From Candidatus Marinacidobacterales bacterium (GTDB lineage: Bacteria > Acidobacteriota > Vicinamibacteria > Marinacidobacterales > SMYC01), in assembly GCA_965237955.1 (NCBI GenBank), contig OZ250169.1:6944001-7008000 (forward strand): DNA of 64,000 nt. The letters run 5' to 3'. This document shows positions 28,037 to 40,387 of this stretch, one piece after another (positions within the stretch are counted from its first letter, which is position 1; each line of letters starts with the position of its first letter). The translations under genes and the position numbers were made by a program. The notes under the pieces were generated by a model. That model saw nothing but the letters and a program-made list of their open reading frames with translations, was not told the DNA's origin and searched no databases.

Positions 28037-31000
28037 GCCCTCGTCATCCTCATTGGACCCATTGAAATCGCTCCGCGCGTCAGACTCCTCGATTATGTGG
28101 CTCGTGCTGGCGCGCGGACCCGCGGTCGCGATCTGGCGGATTCGAGGATCCGGATCGTCGGCCACTTTTTTGAGCACCCGCTTCGCGCGCTCGCCACCAA
28201 TCTGTGCCAGCGCAAACGCGGCGGTGGCGCGCACCTGATCATCCCAGCGTTTGCCGCCGAGGATGGGGAACTTGCGCGCGGTCAGCACCGCTTCGAGCGC
28301 AGGCACGGCCACGGGGTCGCCGAGCTGAGCGAGCGCCTGTGAGCACGCGATAGCGCGCTCGGGCTCGTCGGTTACATCGAGCGTCGAGATGAGCGCGCCG
28401 ACGGCGTGCGGCGAATGGAGGTTCGCGAGGCTCCGGATCGAGCCTTTGGCGACACCGATGTCTTCGTGCCGCGCGAAATCGACGAGGAGCTCGAGAACTT
28501 GCTTGTCGTTGAGTCGCTCGGTGAGTCGGAACGCTGCACGCCGAACTTTCGGGTTGACGTCCGACAAGCAGAACGCAAGCTCGGTCTTGAGATCGCGCGT
28601 GACCACGTCGATCACTTCGAGAATGCGAAAGCGTTGCTCAGAAGTGACCTCGAGGACCACTTCTTTCTTGAGGCGATCACAAGCTTCGGGCCCCAGCGGC
28701 GCCAAGAGGCTAGCAGCGAGCTGGCGGGTGCGGAAATCCTTCTCCTGTTTGATGACTTCGATGAGCAAGGGAATCGCAGGCTTACCCATGCTCTCAAGCA
28801 CTTGCGCGACTTTCTGCTGCCGCGCCGGTTCTTTCGACTGGAGCTCTTCCATGAGGAGCGATTGGGTCGCCGCAGCCATTTTGCGGTGCAAAACCGCGAA
28901 TCCGCGACCGGTCAACGTCGGGGCATGCAACAGCGCGCGCTGGCGATCTCGGAGCTCGGAAAAGATACGGCTCGCGAGCGTATAGTCGGCGAATTGCAAT
29001 ACGCGGTTCGACATCTGGTGCAGCAAGTTGGCGATATCGGCCAACACCTGGTCGTCGTCTTCCTCTTTCAAGGCGAGGAGCAGGAAATCGGCCGAGAGCC
29101 CGGCGAACTGATGCTGCAGCGCTTGAATGAGAGTTTCCATCAACTCGCGGCAACTGCGCACGATCTTCTCGCGCACCGGCACTTCCTGCTTAGAATAGTC
29201 ACTAAAGAGTTTTCTCAGGATTCTGCGCGCGAGGTCGAGCTGACCCTTGACGAGGAGGTCCTTGACAACCGTCGGTAGCGCGTCGATGAGGGCTTCCGTG
29301 GATTCATCCGTCAAGTCGGCGGTATCCAAGCCGACCGGCTCTTCGTCGAGCTCTGGATCCATTCGCACGGACTCGAGGACGCTACGCACCGACACCGCGT
29401 AACGGCGGTCGTTGAACGCGATGCCGTCGATCTGTTGCTCTTTGGCAAGCGTTTGCCAGAAGGCCGGCTCCAGGTCGGAGGGCAAATCTTTGAGCGCACC
29501 GATGAACGCGTCGAGATCCTCCCGCGTGACTTTTTCGAGAAACGTCAGGCTCGTCAGCTCGGACGCTGCCAGAAACGATATGAATTTTAGGCGAGGGCGT
29601 CGTAGCCCGCCGTCGTGACCCGACTCCCGTTGACGAGGAGCGCGTCACTAGCCGCCGCAAAAGTCACCGCCGGCTGGCGCGAGAGGAGATCCGCGAGCCC
29701 CTCGTGGAGCTGCTCGATCGAGCTCGACACGGGCTTGCTCCCGAGTGGATAGAGCTTGATGTTCTTTGCCGCACCCAAGAGCGCCCTGAGAAGTTTCGGT
29801 AGCTCAGCCAGGTCCTCTGCCTCGAGGTCGGTCTCGACGGGCGAGGCTGCTCTACGGGTGCTCTTCTTCTGGACCGCGGAGTAGCGCATCTGTTGGAGGC
29901 GGATGTGCTCGAGCCTCTCCTCCGCCGCGAATTGCTTCCAATAACCGCTGTCGATGACGTCGGGCTTGAGCTGTCCTAGATGCGTCAACAGCGCCTGAAG
30001 CTCCTCCGCGGTAAGACCGCGACGGAACTCGATGCCTTCGAGCTCGGTTCGATCGAGAAGCTCGAGATACGACGTCGCCAGAAGTCGGAACTCGGCACTA
30101 TCGACCTTGTGGCCGTTGGCAAGGAGAACACCTTGCGCGCGAGAGAGGTTCACGCAATCGGAAAACTCCAACACCGCTTCTACAGAGCGGAGTGAGCTCT
30201 CGTGAGCCTTGACAATCAGCTTACTCTCGGGCGGATAGAGCTGGGTGCTCCGCACCGTCGTGAGAAGCGTTCGGAAAAGGTTCGGCAAACGCTCGAGGGA
30301 TTCGGCGGGGAGTTTCTCCTGCTGCGGTCCTTCGTCGTCTTCGACGAGCGGCTCGCCGGTGTAGCTCTCGGCTTCGTCCCGACTGAACGTCTTTTGGCTG
30401 AGGTCGATGCGAATCTGATCGTAGCGTCTCGCCTTCTCCCGGTCGGCCGAAAGCTTGAAATGGTACGCGAGGATCGACGCCGACGGTCCGAGGTCGTGGT
30501 CATAGAGACCTTCTTGATAGGTTCCGACACGTTGATGAAGCTCTTGGCGACGCGTCTGGTCGATTTGGCCGTAGACGATCTCGAGAACGCGCTTCGACAA
30601 GAAGCGCATCGTCTCGTCATTAATATGGAAATCGGCGCGGAGGAGTCCCAGGTCCTCGGCGCGGTCGAGAAACTCGAGGACCTTGCTTTCAGAGATGTCG
30701 GATGCGCCCGTGACCATGCTGAGAGGCACGTCTTCTCCGAGCGTGGACACCTCTTCCAGCAAGCTCCGCCCCTGTTCGTCCAGGGCAGCGATCTTTTCGG
30801 AAACGATCTCGTCGAGCGAGCGCGGAAGGTATCCCTTTTCGGGGGGATCGATGGTCCACCGCTGACCGACGAGATGGAGCTTCTGATCGAGGACGAGCTT
30901 TCTGATGATCTCGGCAAGGAAAAGCGGGTTGCCTTGGGTGATTTCAGCGAGGTCTTTTTCGAAGCCGTCCGGCAAATCGATTCCGGGGAAAACGCCGGCA

Positions 31001-32315
31001 AGATGTTGGGCGATATCGTCCTCTCGCAGCGGCTCGAGCTGAAGGATATTGATGCCAATCTCGTCGCCGTGACTTTCGACGAACCGAACCCAGGGTGGCG
31101 GCTCTTCATCCTGACTCATCGCCACCGTGCCGGTCGCGGTCCCACACACGAGGAGGCTGAGCTCTTTTCGCATGAACAGCGTGCGCAGCATCACCAGGCT
31201 TGCTTCGTCGGCGAAATGGACGTCGTCGATGAGAAGCACCAGGGGGCTGCCGGTCCAGGAGTTTCCCGATGAGTTGAATCAGCGTGACGAAGATCCCCTC
31301 GCGCCGACGGACTTGGTCTTCGTCCGCGTTCGCTCCGCGCCCGCTCAACCCGTTTAACCCGCTCAGATTGTCCAGATGCGGCAGCACGTATCCGAGATAG
31401 TGAAGCTCGTTGTCATCGAGCGTATCGAGAACGGAAACCCCTTTGTCGGCGCGCCGGTTCAAGAGCCCGACGAGCGCGTGTCCCAAGACGTAGTACGGGC
31501 GATACCCCTCCTGGCGTTGACCCGCGACCCTCACGACGTGGAGGGCATCGTTCGACGCGAGGCTCCCCCGTATGGTCTCGATGACAGTGGACTTCCCCAT
31601 ACCAGGTTCGCCTTCGATCACGACGAACTTGGATTTCCCGAGACTCAACGAGCCGAGGGCCTCCGAGACCGCGGACAGCTCGCGGCTTCGTCCGGCGATC
31701 TCGGCATCGTTCAAACGGTGGAGCGCAGTTTTCCGGTACGTCTTCTCGGCATCGATGTCGGAAGCCACCGACACACGGTTCCGGCCCAACTGTTTCGAAG
31801 TATACAGTGCGGTATCCGCGATCCGGATCAGCTCGTTTCCGCTGGTGGCATCGGAGCGCGCCGCGGCCACACCGATGCTGAGGGAGATGGTGAGCTCACC
31901 TTTGCCGGTCGCGAGACGAAGCGTCCGCTCTTTGGTGAGCTGGCTCAGTCGGTGCGCGTGTTGGACGGCATTGCCGAGCTCGGTCTGTGGTAGAAGCACC
32001 ATGAACTCGTCGCCGCCAAAGCGGATCGGGTAGCCGCTATCTCCGGCCACTTCCTTCAAGAGCCCGGCGACGAACACGAGCGCTTCGTCGCCGCCGTCAT
32101 GACCGTAGGTATCGTTGATGTCCTTGAACAGATCGACGTCCACGACGATCAAGGACAACGGGAAGCTGTCCTCGCTGTCCCAATGGACTTTGTGCTCGAT
32201 GTAGCTGTGGAGAAAGCGCCGGTTGTGGATAACCGGTCAACTCGTCTTCGAATATAAGACGCGAGGGATCCTTTCCTACATTTTGTAGGAAATCGATGAG
32301 CTCGCCGTACTGCAT
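28022..32315 (-). CDS. Large GGDEF + AAA/STAND ATPase + duplicated helical domain + HEAT-repeat protein (~1430 aa; frameshifts near 32230, 31245, 29590)
   Basis: EDELTG/HNRR, DVDLFKDINDTYGHDGGD, RFGGDEF; GEPGMGKS; LLIDDVHFAD; GNPLFL; LYPPES and LYPLGS repeats; HEAT motifs (D.NPKVRRAA, D.DPRIR). Confidence 0.82.
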
Positions 32316-32497
32316 CGAGAAGCGTATCTCCCCGCTGAAAAATCGGCCGGCCGCGCACGCGCGGCAAGACGAAAAGTCTTCGGGATTTTGAACGTGTACT
32401 AACAGGTTATCGGATAGAGTCGTAGCGCGCAACCTGCGCGCTTTGACCCTCAGAAAAGAAGTCGAAATTCTAGAAAAAGGATAAGCTCCTAAGAATC

Positions 32498-34111
32498 ATG
32501 AACCTACGCCGGTTTTGCTTCTTCCTGTTGTTGGCGCTGTCGGCGCCTTCGCTGGCGAGCGCCGACGAGTCGTCTCCACGACTTCTGCTGCTTCTGACGA
32601 TCGACCAGGGGCGCGGCGACTACCTGGAGCGGTTCCGACCCGCCCTCAGTGGCGGGCTCGCGCGGCTTGTGGACGAGGGCGTCGTGTTCACCGATGCCCA
32701 CCACGCCCACGCCCATACGGTGACCGCGGCAGGGCATGCCGCGCTGTCGACCAGACGCCATCCAGGGAGCTCGGGGATGGTCGGCAACAACTTTTACGAT
32801 CGATCGGAGGGCAGATGGGTTTACTGCGTCGAGGACCGCACCTCCGCCGTGCTCATACCCGAAGGAGCCGACGGGAGCTCGCCGGGACGTTCGCCGGCGC
32901 GCCTTTTGGGAACGGGTCTCGCCGACTGGATCCAATCGGCCAGCCCCGAGTCCAAGGTTTATTCCGTGGGAGGAAAGGATCGCGCCTCCATCCTCATGGG
33001 CGGGAAGAACGCGGACACCGCGTACTGGTACGATCTCAGAACCGGTCACTGGGTGACGAGCGACTATTACACGAGCGCGTATCCAGCTTGGGTTTCAACC
33101 TTTCAGCGAGAACGGCGCGTGGACTCGTACTTCGGCACCACGTGGTCGCCCCTCCCGGTATTGGAAGCGCTCCTTTCGCGGATGGAGATCGACCTCGCGA
33201 GCGGGTCGTTCTCACGCGTGTTCGGACGCGCGAGCCTGTACCCGAACCCGGGGTATTACAACGCGGTGTTCGACTCGCCGTTTCTCGAATCCTTTCTGTT
33301 CGACTTCGCCGAGCGGATGGTCGCCGAGGAAGCGCTCGGCGCCGACGACGCCATCGACGTGCTCGCGTTGAGCTTCGCGAGCGTCGACACCGTCGGTCAC
33401 GGTTACGGTCCGAACAGCCGCGAGCTCCTCGACACCCTCCTGAGGCTCGATCGCGAGCTCGGCGAGTTCTTTCGGTTTCTCGACGAGACCATCGGCCTCG
33501 ACCGCGTCGCCGTATCTCTTTCGGCCGACCATGGCGTCGCGCCGGTTCCCGAGTACCGGGCGTCGAAAGGCCTTTCGGGTGCGCGCCGGTCTACCGAGGA
33601 CTACGTTTGCGTTCAGAGGGCGGGGCAGGCGTTCGAGAAGAAGTTCGGCGACGACGACTGGTTCGTCCGACCGTATCACTTCGACTATGAAACGCTCGCG
33701 CGGCGCAACGTGTCACGGGCGACACTCGAGTCTGCGCTGAAAGCGGAGCTCGTCCAGTGTCCCAACATCGCCCAGGTGTGGACGCGAACCGAGATCGAGG
33801 CAGCCGGCACGAGCGTCTCGATCGACCCGACTCTAGAGCTCTTTGTCCACTCGTTCCATCCGGAACGCAGCCCCGACCTCTACGTCGTGGAGAAAGAGTT
33901 CCTCGTTGGCAACCTCACCGGCACCACTCACGGCTCACCCTACCATTACGACACGCACGTGCTCGCTCTCATAAGATGGCCCGGCGCGAAACCGTCGTCG
34001 GTGTCCGAGCGCATTCATACCGTGGATCTACCGGTGACGCTAGCGTCCCTGCTCGGCGTAACGACGCCGGAGGCCCTCGACGGCGTCGATCGATCGAAGC
34101 TCATTCGGTGA
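32498..34111 (+). CDS. Alkaline phosphatase family protein (PafA/PhoK-like)
   Basis: Signal peptide; IDQ.R.DY, TVTAAGHA, KDRASI, D..GH.YGP, SADHG, THGSPY.YDTHV. Confidence 0.92.
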   Translation: MNLRRFCFFLLLALSAPSLASADESSPRLLLLLTIDQGRGDYLERFRPALSGGLARLVDEGVVFTDAHHAHAHTVTAAGHAALSTRRHPGSSGMVGNNFYDRSEGRWVYCVEDRTSAVLIPEGADGSSPGRSPARLLGTGLADWIQSASPESKVYSVGGKDRASILMGGKNADTAYWYDLRTGHWVTSDYYTSAYPAWVSTFQRERRVDSYFGTTWSPLPVLEALLSRMEIDLASGSFSRVFGRASLYPNPGYYNAVFDSPFLESFLFDFAERMVAEEALGADDAIDVLALSFASVDTVGHGYGPNSRELLDTLLRLDRELGEFFRFLDETIGLDRVAVSLSADHGVAPVPEYRASKGLSGARRSTEDYVCVQRAGQAFEKKFGDDDWFVRPYHFDYETLARRNVSRATLESALKAELVQCPNIAQVWTRTEIEAAGTSVSIDPTLELFVHSFHPERSPDLYVVEKEFLVGNLTGTTHGSPYHYDTHVLALIRWPGAKPSSVSERIHTVDLPVTLASLLGVTTPEALDGVDRSKLIR

Positions 34112-34125
34112 AATCGGCCATCAGC

Positions 34126-35268
34126 TTACCTGTCGAAGATTTCTTTTTGGACGATCAGCCTTTGGATTTGGCTGGTGCCTTCATAGATTTGGTAGATCTT
34201 GGCGTCGCGGTAGAGTTTTTCTACTGGGTATTCCTTGTTGAAGCCGTTGCCGCCGAAGACTTGGACAGCGTCGGTGGCGACCTTCACGGCCGTGTCTGCG
34301 GCGAACAGCTTCGCGAACGCGGCTTGCTTGGTGTTGCGCTTGCCCTGATCGATGGCCCACGCCGACTCCCACACGAGGAGCCGTGCCGCCTGGATCGCCA
34401 CTGCCATGTCGGCGATCATGAAACCGATCGATTGGTGCTTGTAAATAGGTACTCCGAAGGTCTTCCGTTCCTTCGCGTACGCGACGGCGTGATCGTACGC
34501 CGATTGCGCTAGCCCCACGGCGGCGGACGACACCACCGGGCGGGAGTGGTCGAATGCGGACATCGCCACGCGCCACCCGTCACCCTCTTCTCCGATCCGG
34601 TTCTCGATGGGAACCTTCACGTCCTGAAACGTGACCGCACGCGTGTCGGAAGCTCGCTGGCCCATGTTGTTCTCTTTCTTGCCGACGGAAACGCCGTCGG
34701 AATCGCGCGGGACGATAAATGCCGACATGCCTCGGTAGCGTTGCTCTGGCTCGGTATAGGCGACCACGAAGTACCAATCCGCAACGCCGCCGTTCGTGAT
34801 CCAAATCTTGCTTCCGTTGAGAACGTACGCATCGCCTTGGCGCTTGGCCATCGATTGGATTCCCTGGACGTCGCTTCCGGCACCGGACTCGGTGACACAG
34901 TAAGCGGTGAGCAGGAACTCATCGGCAAACGGCGTGAGCCATTTCTTCTTCTGCTCGTCGCTTCCGGCGACGATCACCGGGCCCTCGGCGAGCGCGTTCG
35001 CTTCCATCGCGGTGCCGATGCCGGTGCAACCCCAAGAAACTTGCTCGGCGATGACACAGCCTTCGAGGACGCCGAGGCCGAGTCCGCCGTACTCCTCGGG
35101 GATGTGCGTGTTCATCAGACCGAGCTCCCACGCCTGGCGACAGATCTCCATCGGGTACTCCCCGGTGTCGTCGTGGTACGCCGCCTTGGGAACGATCTCT
35201 TTTTCGGCAAACTCGCGGGCGAGATCACGGAACTGTTTCTGCTCTTCACTCAAGCCAAAATCGATCAT
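34126..35268 (-). CDS. Acyl-CoA dehydrogenase (MCAD-like)
   Basis: [50 protein letters not shown]. Confidence 0.95.
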   Translation of the reverse strand: MIDFGLSEEQKQFRDLAREFAEKEIVPKAAYHDDTGEYPMEICRQAWELGLMNTHIPEEYGGLGLGVLEGCVIAEQVSWGCTGIGTAMEANALAEGPVIVAGSDEQKKKWLTPFADEFLLTAYCVTESGAGSDVQGIQSMAKRQGDAYVLNGSKIWITNGGVADWYFVVAYTEPEQRYRGMSAFIVPRDSDGVSVGKKENNMGQRASDTRAVTFQDVKVPIENRIGEEGDGWRVAMSAFDHSRPVVSSAAVGLAQSAYDHAVAYAKERKTFGVPIYKHQSIGFMIADMAVAIQAARLLVWESAWAIDQGKRNTKQAAFAKLFAADTAVKVATDAVQVFGGNGFNKEYPVEKLYRDAKIYQIYEGTSQIQRLIVQKEIFDR

Positions 35269-35270
35269 GC

Positions 35271-36056
35271 TTATTTCCCCTTGAAATCAGGAGGTCGTTT
35301 TTCACCGAAAGCGCGAAGCCCTTCGAGCGCATCCTCGGAGCGAAAGCACGCGAGTTGTGCCTCTTCCTCGTAATCGAGAATCTCATCGAGCGAGGCATGC
35401 TCCGCGCGCGCGATACCCTCTTTGGCGTAACGAATCGAGGTCGGCGCCGCGCGCGCGAGCTCGAGTGCCGTCTCAAGCGTCCTCTCGACGAGCGATTCGT
35501 GATCCACGACAACGTTTACGAGACCAAGCTTCAGTGCTTCCTCGGCGTCGATGAGACGGCCGGAGAAGATGAGGTCGCGGGCGACGGCAGCGCTGCCCAG
35601 TCGCGTCAGAAAATAGGTGCCGCCCCAGTCCGGGTGCAAACCGATGCGCGCGAAGCTCGCGCCGAAACGCGCCTTGTTCGAGGCGACACGGAGATCGCAC
35701 GCAAGCGCCAAGCTGAAGCCCGCACCGGCGGCAACGCCGTTGACGGATGCGAGCGTCGGGATCGGGAGCGAGGAGAGCCGCTTCACGACGTTCTTACCCT
35801 GCTCGATGAAAGGCTTCAGCTCGTCCGCACTCCCCTCGACGCGCATCGACGCCAGGGCGCGGACGTCGCCTCCGCTGCAAAACGCTTTGCCCGCACCGGT
35901 TAGAACGAGCACGCGTGCACTTTGGGCGGCTTCGTCGATCGCGGCCAGGAGATCCGCGCGCATCGAGCCGACGAACGCGTTCAGGGCGTCGGGACGATTC
36001 AGCGTAATCGTCGCAATAGAGTCGTCGAATCCGAACTCGATATGCTCCCACGCCAT
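35271..36056 (-). CDS. Enoyl-CoA hydratase/isomerase (PaaG-like)
   Basis: [39 protein letters not shown]. Confidence 0.92.
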   Translation of the reverse strand: MAWEHIEFGFDDSIATITLNRPDALNAFVGSMRADLLAAIDEAAQSARVLVLTGAGKAFCSGGDVRALASMRVEGSADELKPFIEQGKNVVKRLSSLPIPTLASVNGVAAGAGFSLALACDLRVASNKARFGASFARIGLHPDWGGTYFLTRLGSAAVARDLIFSGRLIDAEEALKLGLVNVVVDHESLVERTLETALELARAAPTSIRYAKEGIARAEHASLDEILDYEEEAQLACFRSEDALEGLRAFGEKRPPDFKGK

Positions 36057-36067
36057 CTCCGCGGAGC

Positions 36068-37252
36068 CTACAACGCTTCGATCAGCAACGCGAGGCCCAT
36101 CCCACCGCTGATGCACAGGGTCGCGATGCCGCGCTTCGCTTTGCGCTTGGCCATCTCATGGGCGAGGGTGACGACGATACGCGCACCGGTGGCGCCGATG
36201 GGATGACCGAGCGCGATCGCACCGCCGTTAACGTTGAGCCGATCGAGATCGAGCTCGAGCTCACGGTGACACGCAAGGACTTGGGCCGCGAACGCTTCGT
36301 TGAGCTCGATCAGATCGATGTCGTCCAGTCTGAGACCGGTCCTATCCAAGAGCTTTCGAATAGCCGGGACGGGTCCGATGCCCATGATGGCCGGATCGAC
36401 TCCAGCGGAGGCGTAGCCGACGATGCGCGCCATCGGCTCCACGCCGAGAGCCGAGGCCTTGTCTTCGCTCAGCACGACAAGAGCGGCCGCACCATCCGTG
36501 ATACCAGAGGCGTTTCCGGCATGCACGGTACCGTCTTTTCGAAAAACCGGAGCGAGCTTGGAGAGGCTCTCTAGCGTCACGCCATCTCGCGGGTGCGCAT
36601 CGGTGTCGATGACTTCGACGGTGCCTTTGCGAGCTGGAACTTCGACGGGAACGATCTCGTCTCGGAACCGTCCCTCTCGGCGAGCTCTCTCGCAGCGATG
36701 CTGTGTCTCCACCGCGTAGCGATCCGACTCCTCGCGGGTGATACCGTACTTGTCGACTAGATTCTCCGCGGTGTCGCCCATGAGCTGCTCGCACAGCGGG
36801 CACAAGAAGCCGTCGCGGTACATCCCGTCGACGACTTCGGTGTTGCCGAGGCGGTGTCCCCAGCGTGCATCGAGCAGCATGTAGGGGGTGTTGCTCATGC
36901 TCTCGGTGCCACCGGCAAGCACGACGTCCGCGTCGCCGAGCGCAATCGCGCCGTAGGCGTTCATGATGGCCTTGAGGCTCGATCCGCACGCCTTATTAAT
37001 AGTGTGGGCGGGCACGGCATCTCCGGGCCCAGCGTGGTACGCGACCTGTCTCGCGACGTTCGGGCGAACGCCGGCTTGGCGGCCGTTTCCGAAAATGACT
37101 TCGTCGACCGCTTCGGCAGGGACACCGCTTTTTTTCAGAGCACCTTTGGCCGCGGCGACACCGAGGTCACCGGCTTGTAAGGATTTGAGGGCGCCACCGA
37201 ACTTGCCAATGGGAGTTCGTGCTGCGCCTGCTATTACGATGGATTTAGTCAT
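36068..37252 (-). CDS. Acetyl-CoA C-acyltransferase (thiolase)
   Basis: [32 protein letters not shown]. Confidence 0.96.
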   Translation of the reverse strand: MTKSIVIAGAARTPIGKFGGALKSLQAGDLGVAAAKGALKKSGVPAEAVDEVIFGNGRQAGVRPNVARQVAYHAGPGDAVPAHTINKACGSSLKAIMNAYGAIALGDADVVLAGGTESMSNTPYMLLDARWGHRLGNTEVVDGMYRDGFLCPLCEQLMGDTAENLVDKYGITREESDRYAVETQHRCERARREGRFRDEIVPVEVPARKGTVEVIDTDAHPRDGVTLESLSKLAPVFRKDGTVHAGNASGITDGAAALVVLSEDKASALGVEPMARIVGYASAGVDPAIMGIGPVPAIRKLLDRTGLRLDDIDLIELNEAFAAQVLACHRELELDLDRLNVNGGAIALGHPIGATGARIVVTLAHEMAKRKAKRGIATLCISGGMGLALLIEAL

Positions 37253-38663
37253 TGCGTGTTCTATCTTTCCTCACGTATTCGAACTCGAACGGCTTGCCTT
37301 TGACTCCCGATTTCGGCGGGGCGATCCAACTGGCGATCTTGCCGGGCTCGACGACGGGGTGCATCAGGCTCTTGATGAAGGCGTGATCTTCTTCCGAAGG
37401 AAGCCACTCGCCTCGCTTTTGGTTCCACTCGTCCTCCGAGATGAGCTCCCCTTCGGGATTGAAGTGATAATCGCCATACGCGCCAAACTGGCGATGGAAG
37501 CGTCGATGGGGCATCGTCAGACAATCGGAAATGCCGGCCTCTTCGAGAATCTTGTTCCAACGCGTCACGCCCCGTTGGCAGTCTTGGAGGTAGTCATCCC
37601 GCAAGATCTCGTTCATCGCGTTACGCATCGGGATCTCTTCCTTCACGATCTTGGTGTCCTTGACGAGCTCCATCGTGTAGTAGCTGTCGAGACACTTGTG
37701 TTCATCGTAGCTGTCTTCGCGATTGCGGCCCTTCACACCGGTTGCGAAGTACTGCGCTGCGTTCGTCGAGACCTCGCCGCCGAAGAGATCCGTTGATGCG
37801 CTCACCCAGAAGTTCAAATACTTCTGGATCGTGAGAAGATCGATGCCGCCGTGCTCTCGTACGTTGTCGCCGTGCTCCCTCATGAGCTGGGCGGCGCGCT
37901 CGACGATCCGCCCGACACCCGTTTCGCCGACGGACATGTGGAACGCCTCTTCGGTGAGCATGAACTTCGTCGTCCGCGCCAGAGGGTCGAACCCGCTCTC
38001 CGCCAGCGCGAGGAGCTGATATTTGCCGTCGCGATCGGTAAACATCGTGAACATGTAGAAATTCAGCCAGTCGTCGCACGGCTGATTGAACGCGCCGAGA
38101 ATGCGGGGCTTGTCCTGGTCGCCGCTCCGGCGCTGAAGGAGGCCTTCCGCTTCTTCGCGACCATCGCGACCGAAATACGAATGCAGCAGATAGACCATCG
38201 CCCAGAGATGGCGGCCCTCTTCGACATTCACTTGAAAGAGATTCCGCAGATCGTAGTTGCTCGGCGCGGTTTTGCCGAGCTGGCGTTGTTGCTCGACACT
38301 GGCCGGCTCGGTATCACCCTGGGTGACGATGAGCCTCCGGAGCTGGGTGCGCATCTCGCCCGGCACGTCCTGCCACACCGGTTTTCCCTCGTTGTCTCCG
38401 AAGCCGATCTTGGGATCCTCTTCGGCGGGTGCCAGGAAGATTCCCCACCGGTACTCGGGCATTTTCACGTAGTCGTAGTGCGCCCAGCCGCCGGGCTCCA
38501 CCGAGATGGCAGCGCGAAGGTAGATGTCGTCGTTCTGGAATCCGTCGGGCCCCATCTCCATCCACCAGTCGACGTAGTTGGGCTGCCATTTCTCCAAAGC
38601 GCGTTTGAGCTTCGGATCGGCAGACAAGTTCACGTTGTTCGGAATCTTCTCGTGAAGCTCCAT
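37245..38663 (-). CDS. boxB: Benzoyl-CoA 2,3-epoxidase subunit B
   Basis: KIPNNVNL, QGDTEPASVEQQ, VNVEEGRHLWAM, FTDRDGKYQL, TEEAFHM (di-iron EXXH motifs). Confidence 0.96.
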   Translation of the reverse strand: MELHEKIPNNVNLSADPKLKRALEKWQPNYVDWWMEMGPDGFQNDDIYLRAAISVEPGGWAHYDYVKMPEYRWGIFLAPAEEDPKIGFGDNEGKPVWQDVPGEMRTQLRRLIVTQGDTEPASVEQQRQLGKTAPSNYDLRNLFQVNVEEGRHLWAMVYLLHSYFGRDGREEAEGLLQRRSGDQDKPRILGAFNQPCDDWLNFYMFTMFTDRDGKYQLLALAESGFDPLARTTKFMLTEEAFHMSVGETGVGRIVERAAQLMREHGDNVREHGGIDLLTIQKYLNFWVSASTDLFGGEVSTNAAQYFATGVKGRNREDSYDEHKCLDSYYTMELVKDTKIVKEEIPMRNAMNEILRDDYLQDCQRGVTRWNKILEEAGISDCLTMPHRRFHRQFGAYGDYHFNPEGELISEDEWNQKRGEWLPSEEDHAFIKSLMHPVVEPGKIASWIAPPKSGVKGKPFEFEYVRKDRTRND

Positions 38664-38667
38664 GGTC

Positions 38668-40314
38668 TCAGGTCCTCCTCCAGTCGAACTCGGGCATGCT
38701 TTGCTTGCCGTAGAGCGTGAGCGCGCCCTTCTCACCAACCGCGTTGGGGCGCTGAAAAATCCAGTTCTGCCACGCGGTGAGGCGTCCGAAAATCTTGCTC
38801 TCGAGCGTTTCCGGCCCCGCGAACCGAAGCGACGCTTCCATACCGGTCATGGCATCCGGCGAGAAACCGCAGCGCTCTTCGATCGCGATACGCACTTCGT
38901 CGTCCCAATCGAGATCATCGGGAGCGAAGGTGACCAGGCCGAGCTCGAGCGCAGCACTGGCCCAAATGAGTCTGCCGAGGCCGTCGCTCTCGAGCGCTTT
39001 AACCAGCGCTTCGGCGTCACCAAGAAAGCGCGTCGCGAGCCGCGAGAGCCCGTTGGCTTTGGGAAAGCGAACTTTGTTGAGCGGGCCGACCGCGATGTGC
39101 ACCGGGCGGTCGGGATCGTCGAGCATGTAGCTGCGGTCCGCGGCGAGCGCCAGCTCGAGGAGGCTTCCCGCGAAACACGAGCCGGGCTCGATGAGCGCGA
39201 AAATGCTCCGCGCCGTCTGATCGATCCGCTTGAACACGCGGCGCATCTTCAAGAGGATCTCGTTGACCAGCCAATGATCGGCGTGCTTGCTCAACGTCTC
39301 GTCGACGGCGAGCACAGTGTCGCAGCTCCCTTGGGTCTTGATAAGCAGAAGCCCGCACGTCGCCTCGTTGAATCGAAGATGGCAGAGTGCGTCGTCGAGC
39401 TCGCGTGCGACCGCGAGCGGCCAGTAGTCAGAACCCGCGTCACGGATCGCCTCGGGCGTTTGCGGCTGCTCGCCTTCGGGTCCTCGCACCACGATCTCGG
39501 CGCGACGGCTGTCTTCGTCGATGGTGACGGTGACATGTTTATACTCGAGAGACTTATCGGTTCGCTTCGCGTCGAGCGGCTTCAGCTCGATGCCGGGACC
39601 CTTTGCATTCCGCGTCGACGTTTTCGCCAAGGCTTCCGCTCGCTCCTTTACGGCCTCGTCGAAACGGCTGCGCGCGGCCAAGGCGTCGACGAGCTTCCAC
39701 TCGATGGCGCGCTGTCCCTTGATGCCTTCGACGAGCGTCGAGAACACGTCCGCGCGATCGCGGCGCACCATCCTTTTGTCGACGAGACGCGTGAGCCCCC
39801 CCGTTCCCGGAAGCACCGCCAGAAGAGGCGCCTCGGGAAGCGCCACTGCGGCGTTGCCATCGTCCACCAGCAGGATTTCATCGGCGGCGAGTGCCAACTC
39901 GTAGCCTCCGCCCGACGTGATGCCATTCAACGCGGCGAGATATTTCTGACCGCTCTCCTTGCTCGCCTCTTCCATGCCGAGCCGGGTCTCGTTCGTGTAC
40001 TTACAGAAATTGACTTTGAAGTTGTGGGTCGAGCTCGCGAGCATATAGATGTTGGCGCCCGCCGAGAAGATCCGATCCTTGCCACTGGCAATGACGACGG
40101 CTTTCACTTCCGGATGCTCGAAACGCAGTCGCTCGACGGCATCGGCGAGCTCGATATCGACGCTCAAGTCGTAGCTGTTGAGTTTGAGCTGGTAATCCGG
40201 CCGCAGCCCCGCGTCCTCTTGAACATCGAGCGTGAGCGTCGCCACCTGCCCGTCGACTGCGAGCTTGAAGTGCTTGTAGCGGCTCGGATCCGTCTCGAAA
40301 TAAATGGGTTCCAT
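38668..40314 (-). CDS. boxC: 2,3-epoxybenzoyl-CoA dihydrolase
   Basis: LKLNSYDL.VDIELADA, NFCKYTNETR, GGGYELALA, LPGTGGLTR, WQNWIFQRPNA. Confidence 0.96.
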   Translation of the reverse strand: MEPIYFETDPSRYKHFKLAVDGQVATLTLDVQEDAGLRPDYQLKLNSYDLSVDIELADAVERLRFEHPEVKAVVIASGKDRIFSAGANIYMLASSTHNFKVNFCKYTNETRLGMEEASKESGQKYLAALNGITSGGGYELALAADEILLVDDGNAAVALPEAPLLAVLPGTGGLTRLVDKRMVRRDRADVFSTLVEGIKGQRAIEWKLVDALAARSRFDEAVKERAEALAKTSTRNAKGPGIELKPLDAKRTDKSLEYKHVTVTIDEDSRRAEIVVRGPEGEQPQTPEAIRDAGSDYWPLAVARELDDALCHLRFNEATCGLLLIKTQGSCDTVLAVDETLSKHADHWLVNEILLKMRRVFKRIDQTARSIFALIEPGSCFAGSLLELALAADRSYMLDDPDRPVHIAVGPLNKVRFPKANGLSRLATRFLGDAEALVKALESDGLGRLIWASAALELGLVTFAPDDLDWDDEVRIAIEERCGFSPDAMTGMEASLRFAGPETLESKIFGRLTAWQNWIFQRPNAVGEKGALTLYGKQSMPEFDWRRT

Positions 40315-40336
40315 CAAAATACCTCCGTGTCCGTAA

Positions 40337-40385
40337 CATGCATTATACTACTTGTTATACGATCTAACCATGCAATATAATACAC
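40337..40385. promoter_or_regulatory. Divergent boxC/boxR promoter with two candidate BoxR operator repeats
   Basis: CATGCATTATACTAC and CATGCAATATAATAC 32 bp apart; TGCA boxes resemble BzdR/BoxR sites; TATAAT 6 nt before the boxR ATG. Confidence 0.7.
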
Positions 40386-40387
40386 GT

